Source of the DNA: a virus
Lineage: Duplodnaviria; Caudoviricetes
Reading direction: 5' to 3' (one strand)
DNA length: 53,831 nt
Virus record (IMG/VR): IMGVR_UViG_3300028735_000012
Location: 1-53,831 of that record
How positions within the stretch are numbered: position 1 is the first letter of the stretch; every line of letters begins with the position of its first letter. Shown here piece after piece: positions 16,826 through 25,802 of the stretch. The notes under the pieces were generated by a model. It was not told where the DNA came from and ran no database searches. It was given only the letters and a program-made list of their open reading frames with translations. Made by a program: the position numbers and the translations under genes.

Positions 16826-18630
16826 TGGAGCTGCGACCGTACCAGCAGGCAGCGGTCGAAGCGGTGTATGACCATCTACGGACGCGGGACGACAATCCGT
16901 GCGTGGTCATTCCGACTGCCGGTGGCAAGACACCGGTCATGGCAACCATCTGCAAAGATGCAGTCGGGCAATGGGGTGGCCGCGTCCTGATCTTAGCCCA
17001 TGTCAAAGAGCTGCTAGAGCAGACAGCAGACAAGCTGCGGGCCATTTGCCCAGAGGTCAGCTACGGTGTCTATTCGGCGGGCCTCAAGCGGCGCGATACA
17101 GACTATCCCGTCATCGTAGCTGGCATTCAGTCGGTCTATCAGCGGGCCTGTGAATTTGACCCGTTTGACTTGGTGATCGTGGATGAAGCGCATCTTATCC
17201 CGCCGGACGGAGATGGCATGTACCAGCAATTCTTGGCCGAGGCCCGGGTCGTCAATCCCAACCTGCGGGTCATTGGCTTCACGGCGACGCCATACAGGCT
17301 AAAGTCGGGGCCTATCTGCACGCCGGACGGCATCCTCAACCACATTTGCTACGAAGTTGGGGTGCGGGAGTTGATTGTCCAGGGCTACTTGTGCCCGCTT
17401 GTCACCAAAGCGGGCAAGGCACGGGCCGACACTAGCGGCCTGCACGTCCGGGCGGGTGAATTCGTAGCCGATGAAGTTGAAGAGCTGATGGACGACAATT
17501 GGCTCGTTGAAGCCGCTTGTGCTGAGATTGTCGAACATACCCATGATCGCAAGGCGGTTCTGATCTTTGCTTCGGGCATACGGCACGGCCAGCACGTCGT
17601 GCAAGTGCTGAAAGAACGGCACGGCATCGAGTGCGGCTTTGTCAGCGGGGAATCGTCAGACGACGAACGAAGCCGATTGATTTCTCGGTTCCGCGATCAG
17701 GAATGGATACGCCAACTCCAAATTGACTTTGGTGCAACCGCCGCCCCCAAGCCGCTGAAGTATCTAGCCAACGTCAATGTGTTGACGACCGGCTTCGATG
17801 CGCCAAATGTCGATTGTGTGGTCTTGCTTCGGCCCACGATGTCGCCGGGCCTCTACTACCAGATGGTTGGTCGAGGATTTCGACTGCATCCAGCCAAGCA
17901 AAACTGCCTGGTCCTTGACTTTGGCGGCAACGTGTTGCGACATGGACCGGTAGATCTGATCAAGGTCAAAACTGCCAGTCGCGGCGACACCAAAAGCAAA
18001 GAATCACCGGCCAAGGAATGCCCGGAATGCCAGTCCATCATTGCTGCCGGCTATGCACGCTGTCCCAATTGTGGCTACGAGTTTCCGTCGTCTGAGCGCA
18101 GCAAGCACGAAGCAAAGGCTAGCAGTGTCGGCATATTGTCGGGCCAGGTGACAATTGAAAAGTATACTGTGCGAGACGTGTCTTACAGCGTCCATAAGAA
18201 GCGTGGTTCGCCGGAGGACGCCCCAAGGTCAATGCGGGTCAATTACCGGGTCGGCTGGCACGAATACAAGTCAGAGTGGATCTGCTTTGAGCATACAGGC
18301 TTTGCGCGGCAAAAAGCGGTCGCTTGGTGGAGCAAGCGGTCGCATGAACCGGTGCCTGCAACAGCTGCCGAAGCCGTCGCGATTGCTAATGCTGGCGGGC
18401 TGGCCTCGACGCTTTCGATCACCGTGCGATCGGTAAGCGGCGAGGAGTACGACCAAATTATTGACTATGAACTCGGACCAATTCCAGAGTTTCTCGGTCT
18501 GGATGAGGTCCACGATACTAGCAACACCGGACTGCTAGACGACGACGCAATCAGTTTTCCGTACGGCTACAACGCGGCTGATGCCACAGAAAGCGTGGCT
18601 GATACCACAGAAGATGATATTCCGTGGTAA
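16825..18630 (+). CDS. SF2 DEAH helicase (RadD/YejH-like) with C-terminal Zn finger
   Basis: LRPYQ, PTAGGKT, DEAH, TATP, QMVGRGFR, CPEC...CPNC. Confidence 0.92.
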   Translation: MELRPYQQAAVEAVYDHLRTRDDNPCVVIPTAGGKTPVMATICKDAVGQWGGRVLILAHVKELLEQTADKLRAICPEVSYGVYSAGLKRRDTDYPVIVAGIQSVYQRACEFDPFDLVIVDEAHLIPPDGDGMYQQFLAEARVVNPNLRVIGFTATPYRLKSGPICTPDGILNHICYEVGVRELIVQGYLCPLVTKAGKARADTSGLHVRAGEFVADEVEELMDDNWLVEAACAEIVEHTHDRKAVLIFASGIRHGQHVVQVLKERHGIECGFVSGESSDDERSRLISRFRDQEWIRQLQIDFGATAAPKPLKYLANVNVLTTGFDAPNVDCVVLLRPTMSPGLYYQMVGRGFRLHPAKQNCLVLDFGGNVLRHGPVDLIKVKTASRGDTKSKESPAKECPECQSIIAAGYARCPNCGYEFPSSERSKHEAKASSVGILSGQVTIEKYTVRDVSYSVHKKRGSPEDAPRSMRVNYRVGWHEYKSEWICFEHTGFARQKAVAWWSKRSHEPVPATAAEAVAIANAGGLASTLSITVRSVSGEEYDQIIDYELGPIPEFLGLDEVHDTSNTGLLDDDAISFPYGYNAADATESVADTTEDDIPW

Positions 18631-18657
18631 TTTCGCACGATCTGGAGAGACTAACAA

Positions 18658-20985
18658 ATGAATAACAATGCAAATGAACTCGGCAAGATTGCCAAAGCTC
18701 TTCTTCGTGCGGGTCTAAGTGTGCTTCCTGCCAAGCGAGAGGGGGACGCTAAGCGTGTAGCTTTGTCCGTTTGGAAACCGTACCAAGAGCGTCTGCCGAC
18801 TAGTGCCGAAGTGCGTGGCTGGTTTGCCAATCGCCACCAGTCGCTATGCCTTGTATGCGGTGCAGTGTCCGGCAATCTGGAGATGATTGATTTTGACCTC
18901 AGCGCCGAGATGTTCGAGCCATGGTGCAGCTTGGTGCGCGAAATGGCCCCAGACCTGCTTGAGCGGCTGGCAATCGAGACTACGCCTTCTGGGGGCAAGC
19001 ACGTCATTTATCGCTGCAATTCGCCTGTCTGTGGCAATCTCAAGCTTGCTCAACGAAAGCTAATTACGCCAAATGCGGACGCAGTTACGATTGCCGGCAA
19101 AACTTTTTTGCCAAGAAAGGACGCTCAAGGAAACTGGTCGATCCTATTGACATTCATTGAAACTCGTGGCGAGGGGGGCATTTTTTTGTGCTGGCCATCT
19201 GAAGGGTACAGCATCGTTCAAGGCAGTCTTACTGAGCTGCCGGTCATTACTGCTGAAGAGCGAGAGATACTGTTGTCGGCGGCATGGTCGCTGAACGAAC
19301 ATCATGCCGATCCCGAACCTGAACCAGTGCCTGCTGCGCCAACATATGGTCTTCGCCCTGGTGACGATTACGCCCAACGCGGGGATGTCCGAGACGTGTT
19401 GCTCAAGCACGGCTGGGTGCTTGTCAAGTCTGGTGAGAATGAATACTGGCGCAGGCCCGGTCGAGATGTTGGATGGTCGGCTACACTGCGAGATCGGGTC
19501 TTTTACGTCTTTAGCTCCAATGCTGCACCCTTTGAGCCGGGCAAAGCTTACGGCCCGTTTGCAGTGTACACATACCTGGAACACAACGGAGACTTTGTCG
19601 CAGCGGCCCGGGCGCTTAGCTCTGAAGGTTACGGCGGCACGCCGGCGATTGTGTCGATTGGAGACCGCGAAGATCCGGCTACGCCCGCTATGGTGGATCC
19701 TGGGCCAACACCTGTTGAAATGTTGCGTGTACCAGGTTTTATCAGCGAATTGATGGATCACACGCTAGCTGTTGCACCATACCCGAATCCGGTCATGGCA
19801 TTTGCTGGAGCGCTAGCATTGCAGGCATTTCTTGCTGGTCGCAAGGTACGCGATTCCGGCAATAATCGCACCAATATCTACCTACTTGGCCTAGCTCACT
19901 CCAGCTCAGGAAAAAACGAACCGCGCAAAGTCAATGCAGAAATCCTCTATCAAGTGGGCCTTTCTGAATGTTTGGGAGGACAATTTGCGTCCGGTGAAGG
20001 CATTCAAGATGCTCTCTTTCAGACACCCAGCATGCTGTTTCAAACAGATGAAATTGACTCGATACTACAATCGATCAACAAGGCTAAAGATGCTCGACAT
20101 GAAGCGATCATGAGTACGCTGCTGACGATGTATTCGTCAGCAAACAGTGTGTTTTCGATGCGTCGCAAAGCGGGCAAAGAATCACCGGGAGCGATTGATC
20201 AGCCATGTTTAGTGATCTTTGGTACAGCAGTCCCAAATCACTATTACCAAGCTCTTAGCGAACGCATGCTGACCAACGGCTTTTTCGCGCGAATGGTCGT
20301 CTTAGAGTCTGGGCCGCGATCACCTGGGCAAGAGCCGAGCGTTGATCCGCCACCACAAAGAGTCTTGGGTACGGCCAAATGGTGGGCCAACTATCGACCC
20401 GGTACAGGCAATCTGGAGCAATTTCACCCAGTGCCGGCTGTGGTCGAATATACCGACGAAGCTAAGCAACTGCTAATCGAGACGCGTTTGGCCGCAGATG
20501 CCGAATACGCCAAAGCGGAAGCCAAGAACGATCCGGTTGGTACAACTGTCTGGGGACGAGTCAGCGAACAAACTCGTAAACTATCGCTGCTGTACGCTGT
20601 TAGTGAAAATCACCAGTCGCCACGCATTAGCCTAGCCGCTGTGCAATGGGCATCGGCCTTTATGATGCACCAAACAAAGCGCATGCTCTTTATGGCGACC
20701 GGTCACGTTGCAGAAAACCCATTTCATGCCGAATGTCTCAAAGCGTTGGGGAAATTACGCAACGCCCCCAACGGCCAACTTTCGCACAGCGTGCTACTAA
20801 AACGCATGAAAATGGATGCCAAAAGCTTCTGCACCCTCATGGATACGTTAGTGCAGCAAGGGGACGTGGAAATCATAACGGAGCCTACGCCCGGTCGCAC
20901 CATGCGAGCATATCGCATTGTCGGTTCAGTAGCCCAAGAAGTGAAACAGAAAAGCGAAACAAGCAGCGAAAGAGAAAAAAGCTAA
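18658..20985 (+). CDS. Prim-Pol bifunctional primase/polymerase fused to DUF3987-type helicase domain
   Basis: GLSVLP, MIDFD, ETTPSGGKHVIY, ETRGEGG; C-terminal HSSSGK and QTDE motifs. Confidence 0.85.
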   Translation: MNNNANELGKIAKALLRAGLSVLPAKREGDAKRVALSVWKPYQERLPTSAEVRGWFANRHQSLCLVCGAVSGNLEMIDFDLSAEMFEPWCSLVREMAPDLLERLAIETTPSGGKHVIYRCNSPVCGNLKLAQRKLITPNADAVTIAGKTFLPRKDAQGNWSILLTFIETRGEGGIFLCWPSEGYSIVQGSLTELPVITAEEREILLSAAWSLNEHHADPEPEPVPAAPTYGLRPGDDYAQRGDVRDVLLKHGWVLVKSGENEYWRRPGRDVGWSATLRDRVFYVFSSNAAPFEPGKAYGPFAVYTYLEHNGDFVAAARALSSEGYGGTPAIVSIGDREDPATPAMVDPGPTPVEMLRVPGFISELMDHTLAVAPYPNPVMAFAGALALQAFLAGRKVRDSGNNRTNIYLLGLAHSSSGKNEPRKVNAEILYQVGLSECLGGQFASGEGIQDALFQTPSMLFQTDEIDSILQSINKAKDARHEAIMSTLLTMYSSANSVFSMRRKAGKESPGAIDQPCLVIFGTAVPNHYYQALSERMLTNGFFARMVVLESGPRSPGQEPSVDPPPQRVLGTAKWWANYRPGTGNLEQFHPVPAVVEYTDEAKQLLIETRLAADAEYAKAEAKNDPVGTTVWGRVSEQTRKLSLLYAVSENHQSPRISLAAVQWASAFMMHQTKRMLFMATGHVAENPFHAECLKALGKLRNAPNGQLSHSVLLKRMKMDAKSFCTLMDTLVQQGDVEIITEPTPGRTMRAYRIVGSVAQEVKQKSETSSEREKS

Positions 20986-20991
20986 TCGAGC

Positions 20992-21200
20992 TTTTGCCTC
21001 TTCTTTCTTTTCCTTCCCCCCTCCTTCTCTCTGGTGGAGTGAAGAAAGTTTGTCGTCGTAAGTATAAGAAATATAATAAATTATCTCTCTCTCTCTCTCT
21101 TCTTTCTCTCTTTCTCTCTACTTCTCTCTCTCTATTTTTTTTTATTTTTATTTTTGTGTGTGTGTATATAAGAGAGGTGAGGGTGAAAGAGAGAAAGAAG
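20992..21200. repeat. Low-complexity pyrimidine/purine tracts ((CT)n, T-run, (GT)n); candidate replication origin
   Basis: ttatctctctctctctctcttctttctctc...tttttttttatttttatttttgtgtgtgtgtatata directly after the primase gene. Confidence 0.6.
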
Positions 21201-21302
21201 ATACTCCGGCACCGTAGATTGCTGTCTGGATAGGATTGCGCAGGACATTTTTTGTGACCGACGTAACGGATTTGTCATAGATTCTGCACTAGAGGATTTA
21301 TT

Positions 21303-21848
21303 ATGAAAAATGTACTTACGACTGGGCAGGTGGCTCGTATGCTAAACACTTCTCCAAGGACAGTGACTAAGTGGGTCGATTCTGGGCAACTGAAAGGCTA
21401 TCGACTGCCTCTCTCCCCAGACCGACGCATTCCTCGTGCATCGCTGCTGGAATTTATCCGGCAGCACAATATCCCTATTCCGCCCGAGCTAGGCTTGCCG
21501 ATCCTGCTAGTGGTGGGCGACCCAGACATGGCTGAGCAATTGCAACGGCAGCTAGTAGGCTGGAAGGTCGAAGCGGCAGACTCCGTATGGACCGCTGCCA
21601 CAATCGCCACTAAAGCCGGCGGACAGCTACGCGGGGCCGTTGTAAGCGGCCAAATAGGCCGCCTTGAAGCAAGAGAGATCGCCCAAGCCCTAGCAGATCA
21701 AATCCGCCTGCGAATCGTGCTATGCGCGGAAGACGACGACGGCTCGATCTGGACGAGCGACGCTGCACTCATGCGCATGCAGTATCCTGTAAGACCTGAC
21801 GCTATCTCGCGGGCCATCCTTTCGGGCATGACGGGGGGATCAAAATGA
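21303..21848 (+). CDS. HTH_17/MerR-like DNA-binding domain plus degenerate receiver-like domain
   Basis: VLTTGQVARMLNTSPRTVTKWVDSGQLKGYRLP...RRIPR, resembling a conserved planctomycete regulator. Confidence 0.8.
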   Translation: MKNVLTTGQVARMLNTSPRTVTKWVDSGQLKGYRLPLSPDRRIPRASLLEFIRQHNIPIPPELGLPILLVVGDPDMAEQLQRQLVGWKVEAADSVWTAATIATKAGGQLRGAVVSGQIGRLEAREIAQALADQIRLRIVLCAEDDDGSIWTSDAALMRMQYPVRPDAISRAILSGMTGGSK

Positions 21849-21893
21849 AACTAAACCGCCAGCAGATGGAAGAACTTTTTACCCAACATCAAG

Positions 21894-22003
21894 GCTTCAA
21901 TGCGGCCACGGTGAGACACCGTGGAGATACAAAGGACCGGTGGGTGGACAGGGTGCAGGGCTTCCAGCTTCAATGCGGCCACGGTGAGACACCGTGGAGA
22001 TAC
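21894..22003 (-). CRISPR. CRISPR mini-array: two identical 37-bp repeats and one 36-bp spacer
   Basis: Repeat GCTTCAATGCGGCCACGGTGAGACACCGTGGAGATAC at 21894-21930 and 21967-22003; internal CCACGGTG/CACCGTGG hairpin; reverse complement ends in ATTGAAGC; AT-rich region 22040-22240 is a possible leader. Confidence 0.9.
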
Positions 22004-22206
22004 GACCGGTGCCTACCGATTGCTGCATGAGCAATGGCTACTACGCGACAAATAATTGTTGCCACCCTTTTTTAAGGAGGCAAGTATCACAAAACATCCT
22101 ATGAAATTTTATTGATGACACTTTAACAATCCAAACAGTTGAAGATTTTTTCGCAGTAGTTTGTGTCGTGTTTTTGCTTGGAGGCGTGAAAGTTTAGCAA
22201 AGATTG

Positions 22207-22235
22207 TTGACTGGAATAAATGTTTTACGAATAAT
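22207..22235 (+). promoter_or_regulatory. Possible sigma70 promoter TTGACT-17-AATAAT
   Basis: Direct reading upstream of the sigma-like gene. Confidence 0.4.
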
Positions 22236-22277
22236 TGATTAACGGGCCTAAGCGGAACTCAACCCCTCCAGAAAGCC

Positions 22278-23231
22278 ATGCCCGCTGAAACGCAGCCACT
22301 GCTTCCTTTCTCCGACTGGACCGCTTTGAAAGCGGACAACTGGTCGGCCAAAGCAAATACGCCACCTACGAGAAAATCTCGCCCTTCGACTGATTCTGCT
22401 TGTTCTAGCGAGCCGACACAACAGCTCATCACCTTCACAAGCGGTTCCCGTCTCACCGAAGAGCAGCAGCGTCTAGTTGAGGCCAACCTTGGCCTAGTCT
22501 ACAATCTTGTCGGGAAATTTAGGTTTCCGCAGGCGTATCACGACGATGCCGTCAGTGATGCCATGTTGGCATTGGTCCATGCGGCACGCGGGTTCAAGGC
22601 AGACAGAATTGGCAAATTTTCTGCATTTGCGTATCTTTGCATTGAAAGAAGGCTCAAATCTTTGTATAATCGCATTTTGAAGTTAGAGTCGCGGCGTGCT
22701 TCTGACGTGACGCAACGCGACGAGTGGGACGACGAGTGGACTGAGAACGGCCAAGCTCTGCATGAGCCAGCGATCAACGATGCGCCTTACGTTCCGGTGT
22801 TGGACGATCCCCAAGGAACCCGACGGCCTATGTCGAAGCAATGCCGAGCATTTGGCGACCTAGCCCCTGTGGTGTGGTCGCTACGCTCAAGGCATCGCCG
22901 CGTGCTTTGTGCGGCTTATGTGCGTAGCACTCGCGTGCAGGCATCGCTCACCGAATTAGCTTGCACGCTACGTTGCACGCGGCAAGAAGCTCGTGAGCGA
23001 CTGCAAGAGGCTCTTGCGGCTCTGCGTCGCCGACTGCTACGCGAATGGGGTGACACGCCACCTCGGCCTTGGAGCGTAGCTGACGATGACGCCCTGCGGC
23101 CTCTGCTTGCCCTCACAGGTATGCGTCGCCAACTGGTCCTCATGCTGCTTGCCCAACGCTGGCAGCGATCCTACCGCGAAGTCAAAGCGCGGGCAAACTA
23201 CCTGCAACAGGAGGCTGACAATGGGACGTAA
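22278..23231 (+). CDS. Sigma70-family (region 2) sigma-factor-like protein
   Basis: LVEANLGLVYNLV...DAVSDAMLALVHAARGF...KFSAFAYLCI; region-4-like HTH later. Confidence 0.7.
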   Translation: MPAETQPLLPFSDWTALKADNWSAKANTPPTRKSRPSTDSACSSEPTQQLITFTSGSRLTEEQQRLVEANLGLVYNLVGKFRFPQAYHDDAVSDAMLALVHAARGFKADRIGKFSAFAYLCIERRLKSLYNRILKLESRRASDVTQRDEWDDEWTENGQALHEPAINDAPYVPVLDDPQGTRRPMSKQCRAFGDLAPVVWSLRSRHRRVLCAAYVRSTRVQASLTELACTLRCTRQEARERLQEALAALRRRLLREWGDTPPRPWSVADDDALRPLLALTGMRRQLVLMLLAQRWQRSYREVKARANYLQQEADNGT

Positions 23232-23625
23232 GAAAAAAGCGTCGCCCGAACTGCCTGAAAACATGGCAGAATTTCTGGCCGCTTTCGGCAACAAACGCAA
23301 AGAAAGAAAGTATCGCAACGCTCCCGTTGAGGTAGACGGGCGACGCTTTGCTTCCAAAGCAGAAGCTCGACGCTACGGGCAGCTAAAGCTACTTCTCAAT
23401 GCAGGCAAGATTCGTCTGTTGGAAATGCAAGTGCCATACACGCTTACCGTCAATGAGCAGGTAATCTGCAAATACGTAGCCGACTTTGTGTACGAAGAGT
23501 GGGACGGCTCAGCTTGGGTAAGCGTGGTCGAGGACGTAAAAGGAATGCGCACCAAAGAGTACATACTCAAGCGTAAGCTAATGTTGGCTATTTATGGTAT
23601 TGCTATTCGAGAGGTGCAAGCATGA
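23221..23625 (+). CDS. DUF1064 family PD-(D/E)xK nuclease
   Basis: KYRN..VEVDGRRFASKAEARRY; YVADFVY; VEDVKG. Confidence 0.85.
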   Translation: MGRKKKASPELPENMAEFLAAFGNKRKERKYRNAPVEVDGRRFASKAEARRYGQLKLLLNAGKIRLLEMQVPYTLTVNEQVICKYVADFVYEEWDGSAWVSVVEDVKGMRTKEYILKRKLMLAIYGIAIREVQA

Positions 23626-23831
23626 CGAACAAAGAAGCAACAGAAACGCTGGCAGATATTCACCGAGCAATCCAGGGGCAAGATCTGCTATTGGGCTCTG
23701 CGTTAGCCCGCGAAGTGCTTGCTCTCAGGCGCGAACGTGACGCGTTGCTCAAGGACATTGCAGAGAAGGACAAAGCTTGCGACAAAAGTTCAAAAATGCT
23801 TGCTTGTTCGGCATATGCAACGATAGACTAA
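23622..23831 (+). CDS. Hypothetical protein
   Basis: GAGGTG RBS, ATGA coupling. Confidence 0.5.
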   Translation: MTNKEATETLADIHRAIQGQDLLLGSALAREVLALRRERDALLKDIAEKDKACDKSSKMLACSAYATID

Positions 23832-23949
23832 AACATCCTGCTGCACCGTTCGGCAGGCGGTGTCGTGGCTGGGGCATTCTCCCCCCGCAGAAGTGTAACG
23901 TCCGGGCAGATCGGACGTGCGACACCGAGGCAAACATGGGAGTGACGCA

Positions 23950-24123
23950 ATGGAGTTTTTGGGATTCGTGCTGGCTACACTGCTACAACTCTGCGGTATT
24001 GTGGCCTTGAGTATTGTCTTGATGTTGCTTCTAGGTATTGCCGCCTGTGTGCCGCTGGTAGTGCTGACAATGGTGGTCGCAATGGTTGCCAAAATGCGAC
24101 AAGACAAGGAGGGGCAAGAATGA
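23950..24123 (+). CDS. Small membrane protein
   Basis: GGGAG RBS; very hydrophobic. Confidence 0.45.
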   Translation: MEFLGFVLATLLQLCGIVALSIVLMLLLGIAACVPLVVLTMVVAMVAKMRQDKEGQE

Positions 24124-24422
24124 GCTATGCCGACATCTATAAACGTCTGCAAAAGCATGCACATGGCTTTTCCTTGCGCAGCAACGTAGCGGCTGAGTTT
24201 GTGGCCGCCTGCGAAAATGCCGGACTCGAACCGCCACACATGGACGTTCCAAATATATTCTCTTTTTGCTTGGCCGATGGACGGCATGTTTCAGTGTTGG
24301 CCCAATCGCATGGCTTGATGTTGTGTGTAGATGGCTACGAGCCACAGCAGGGCCTCACGGCGGTCCAAGTGGTAGACATGCTTCAGCATGGGCCGCACGC
24401 CGAACGAAAGGCGGTGTGCTAG
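24120..24422 (+). CDS. Hypothetical protein
   Basis: AAGGAGG RBS, ATGA coupling. Confidence 0.55.
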   Translation: MSYADIYKRLQKHAHGFSLRSNVAAEFVAACENAGLEPPHMDVPNIFSFCLADGRHVSVLAQSHGLMLCVDGYEPQQGLTAVQVVDMLQHGPHAERKAVC

Positions 24423-25132
24423 TGAGTAATGCGTACACCCTGTACCTCGGCGATTGCTTCGACATGCTGCGGACCATGCCCGACGCTTCGGTAAATGCAG
24501 TCATTACCGACCCGCCATATGGCGATCTCACTCACGCCGGAGCCAGAACACGCAAAAATGGCGTGCAAAAGCTAGTGCGTTTTAATGGTTTGACAACAGA
24601 CAAGTTTTTGCATGTTTGCGCAGAACTCGTGCGTGTGTCGCGCCGATGGGTGATTTTGTTTTGTGACTGGCAGCATGCGGCTGCCGCTGAGCAAGCTGGA
24701 CTGCCCGTTGTGCGACTGGGCGTTTGGATTAAGACGAATGCTGCACCACAATTCACGGGCGATCGCCCCGGTGTTGGCTGGGAAGCCGTGCTAATCCTGC
24801 ATCGCCCCGGGCGCAAACGTTGGAATGGCGGCGGTTATCCCGCTGTCTGGCAATCCAAATGCGCCCGAGGCAATCACCCCACAGAAAAACCAGTGCCCTT
24901 GCTGCGCGAATGGGTCCAGCTGTTCACGGATCCAGATGAAGTTGTGTTCGATCCGTTTGCGGGTAGCGGTAGCACCGGAGTAGCCACCTTGTCGGTTGGG
25001 CGTCGATTTGTCGGCTGTGAAATCGACCCCAACTATCACGCTATTGCCTTGCGACGATTGGCCGAGGTACAGTGCGAAGCCGGATTGTTCCGTCGATCAC
25101 AGTTGTTGTCGTTTGAAGTCCCCAGATCGTAA
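24422..25132 (+). CDS. DNA amino-methyltransferase (N4-C/N6-A, beta class)
   Basis: ITDPPY, HPTEKP, DPFAGSGST motifs. Confidence 0.9.
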   Translation: MSNAYTLYLGDCFDMLRTMPDASVNAVITDPPYGDLTHAGARTRKNGVQKLVRFNGLTTDKFLHVCAELVRVSRRWVILFCDWQHAAAAEQAGLPVVRLGVWIKTNAAPQFTGDRPGVGWEAVLILHRPGRKRWNGGGYPAVWQSKCARGNHPTEKPVPLLREWVQLFTDPDEVVFDPFAGSGSTGVATLSVGRRFVGCEIDPNYHAIALRRLAEVQCEAGLFRRSQLLSFEVPRS

Positions 25133-25160
25133 CTTTGCTTTGTTTCGCTAAGGAGAATAT

Positions 25161-25742
25161 ATGTTAAACCTTAAAAACCAAGCGGAACGCTCTATCCCTT
25201 ACGGCGTGCTGCCTGACTGGGCTATTCGTGAATATGTGAGGATCACACCGTTCGCTGAATGCCAAAAACGCCCTGGCATCATTTCCTACGGCCTAGGACA
25301 CTATGGTTACGATTTTCGGCTGGGCACGCGATTTAAGCGATACAGCATGGCCGAAGGACTACCGGTCGATCCCAAGAATGCCGCCAGCGAGTTTGAAGAA
25401 TTCGAGACACCTAGCCCTTTTGCTCTGCATCCCGGAGAGTTTGTTCTCGGCGAGCTGATAGAGCATATCGAAATGCCCGACGACGTGATCGGCATCGCGA
25501 TGGGTAAATCAACATATGCACGATGTGGCATTATTGCAAATGTGACACCTCTAGAGCCTGGTTGGAAGGGCATTCTCACCATCGAATTGAGCAACACGAG
25601 CAAACGTCCCGTCCTGCTCTATCCCGACGAAGGCATCCTTCAGATTGTGTTCTTGCGCGGCCAGCGCCCCGACGTGACGTACGCAACCAAAGGCGGAAAG
25701 TATCAGGATCAGCAAGGCGTCACAGTAGCAAGGGTGGATTGA
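25161..25742 (+). CDS. dcd: dCTP deaminase
   Basis: ISYGLGHYGYD, GKSTYARCG, TPLEPGWKG, KYQDQQGVT. Confidence 0.92.
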   Translation: MLNLKNQAERSIPYGVLPDWAIREYVRITPFAECQKRPGIISYGLGHYGYDFRLGTRFKRYSMAEGLPVDPKNAASEFEEFETPSPFALHPGEFVLGELIEHIEMPDDVIGIAMGKSTYARCGIIANVTPLEPGWKGILTIELSNTSKRPVLLYPDEGILQIVFLRGQRPDVTYATKGGKYQDQQGVTVARVD

Positions 25743-25768
25743 TCCGCACCTGATCGGCACTGATGACC

Positions 25769-25802
25769 TGAACTATCCCGTGTTTTTGCATGGGATAGTT
25801 CA
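25769..25802. terminator. Inverted repeat between convergent dcd and thyX
   Basis: tgaactatccc...gggatagttca, 11-bp perfect arms. Confidence 0.6.

Noticed and set aside
20646-21233. 195-aa ORF over the CT tract
   Set aside because: Overlaps the primase out of frame and translates low-complexity DNA (LSLSLS)
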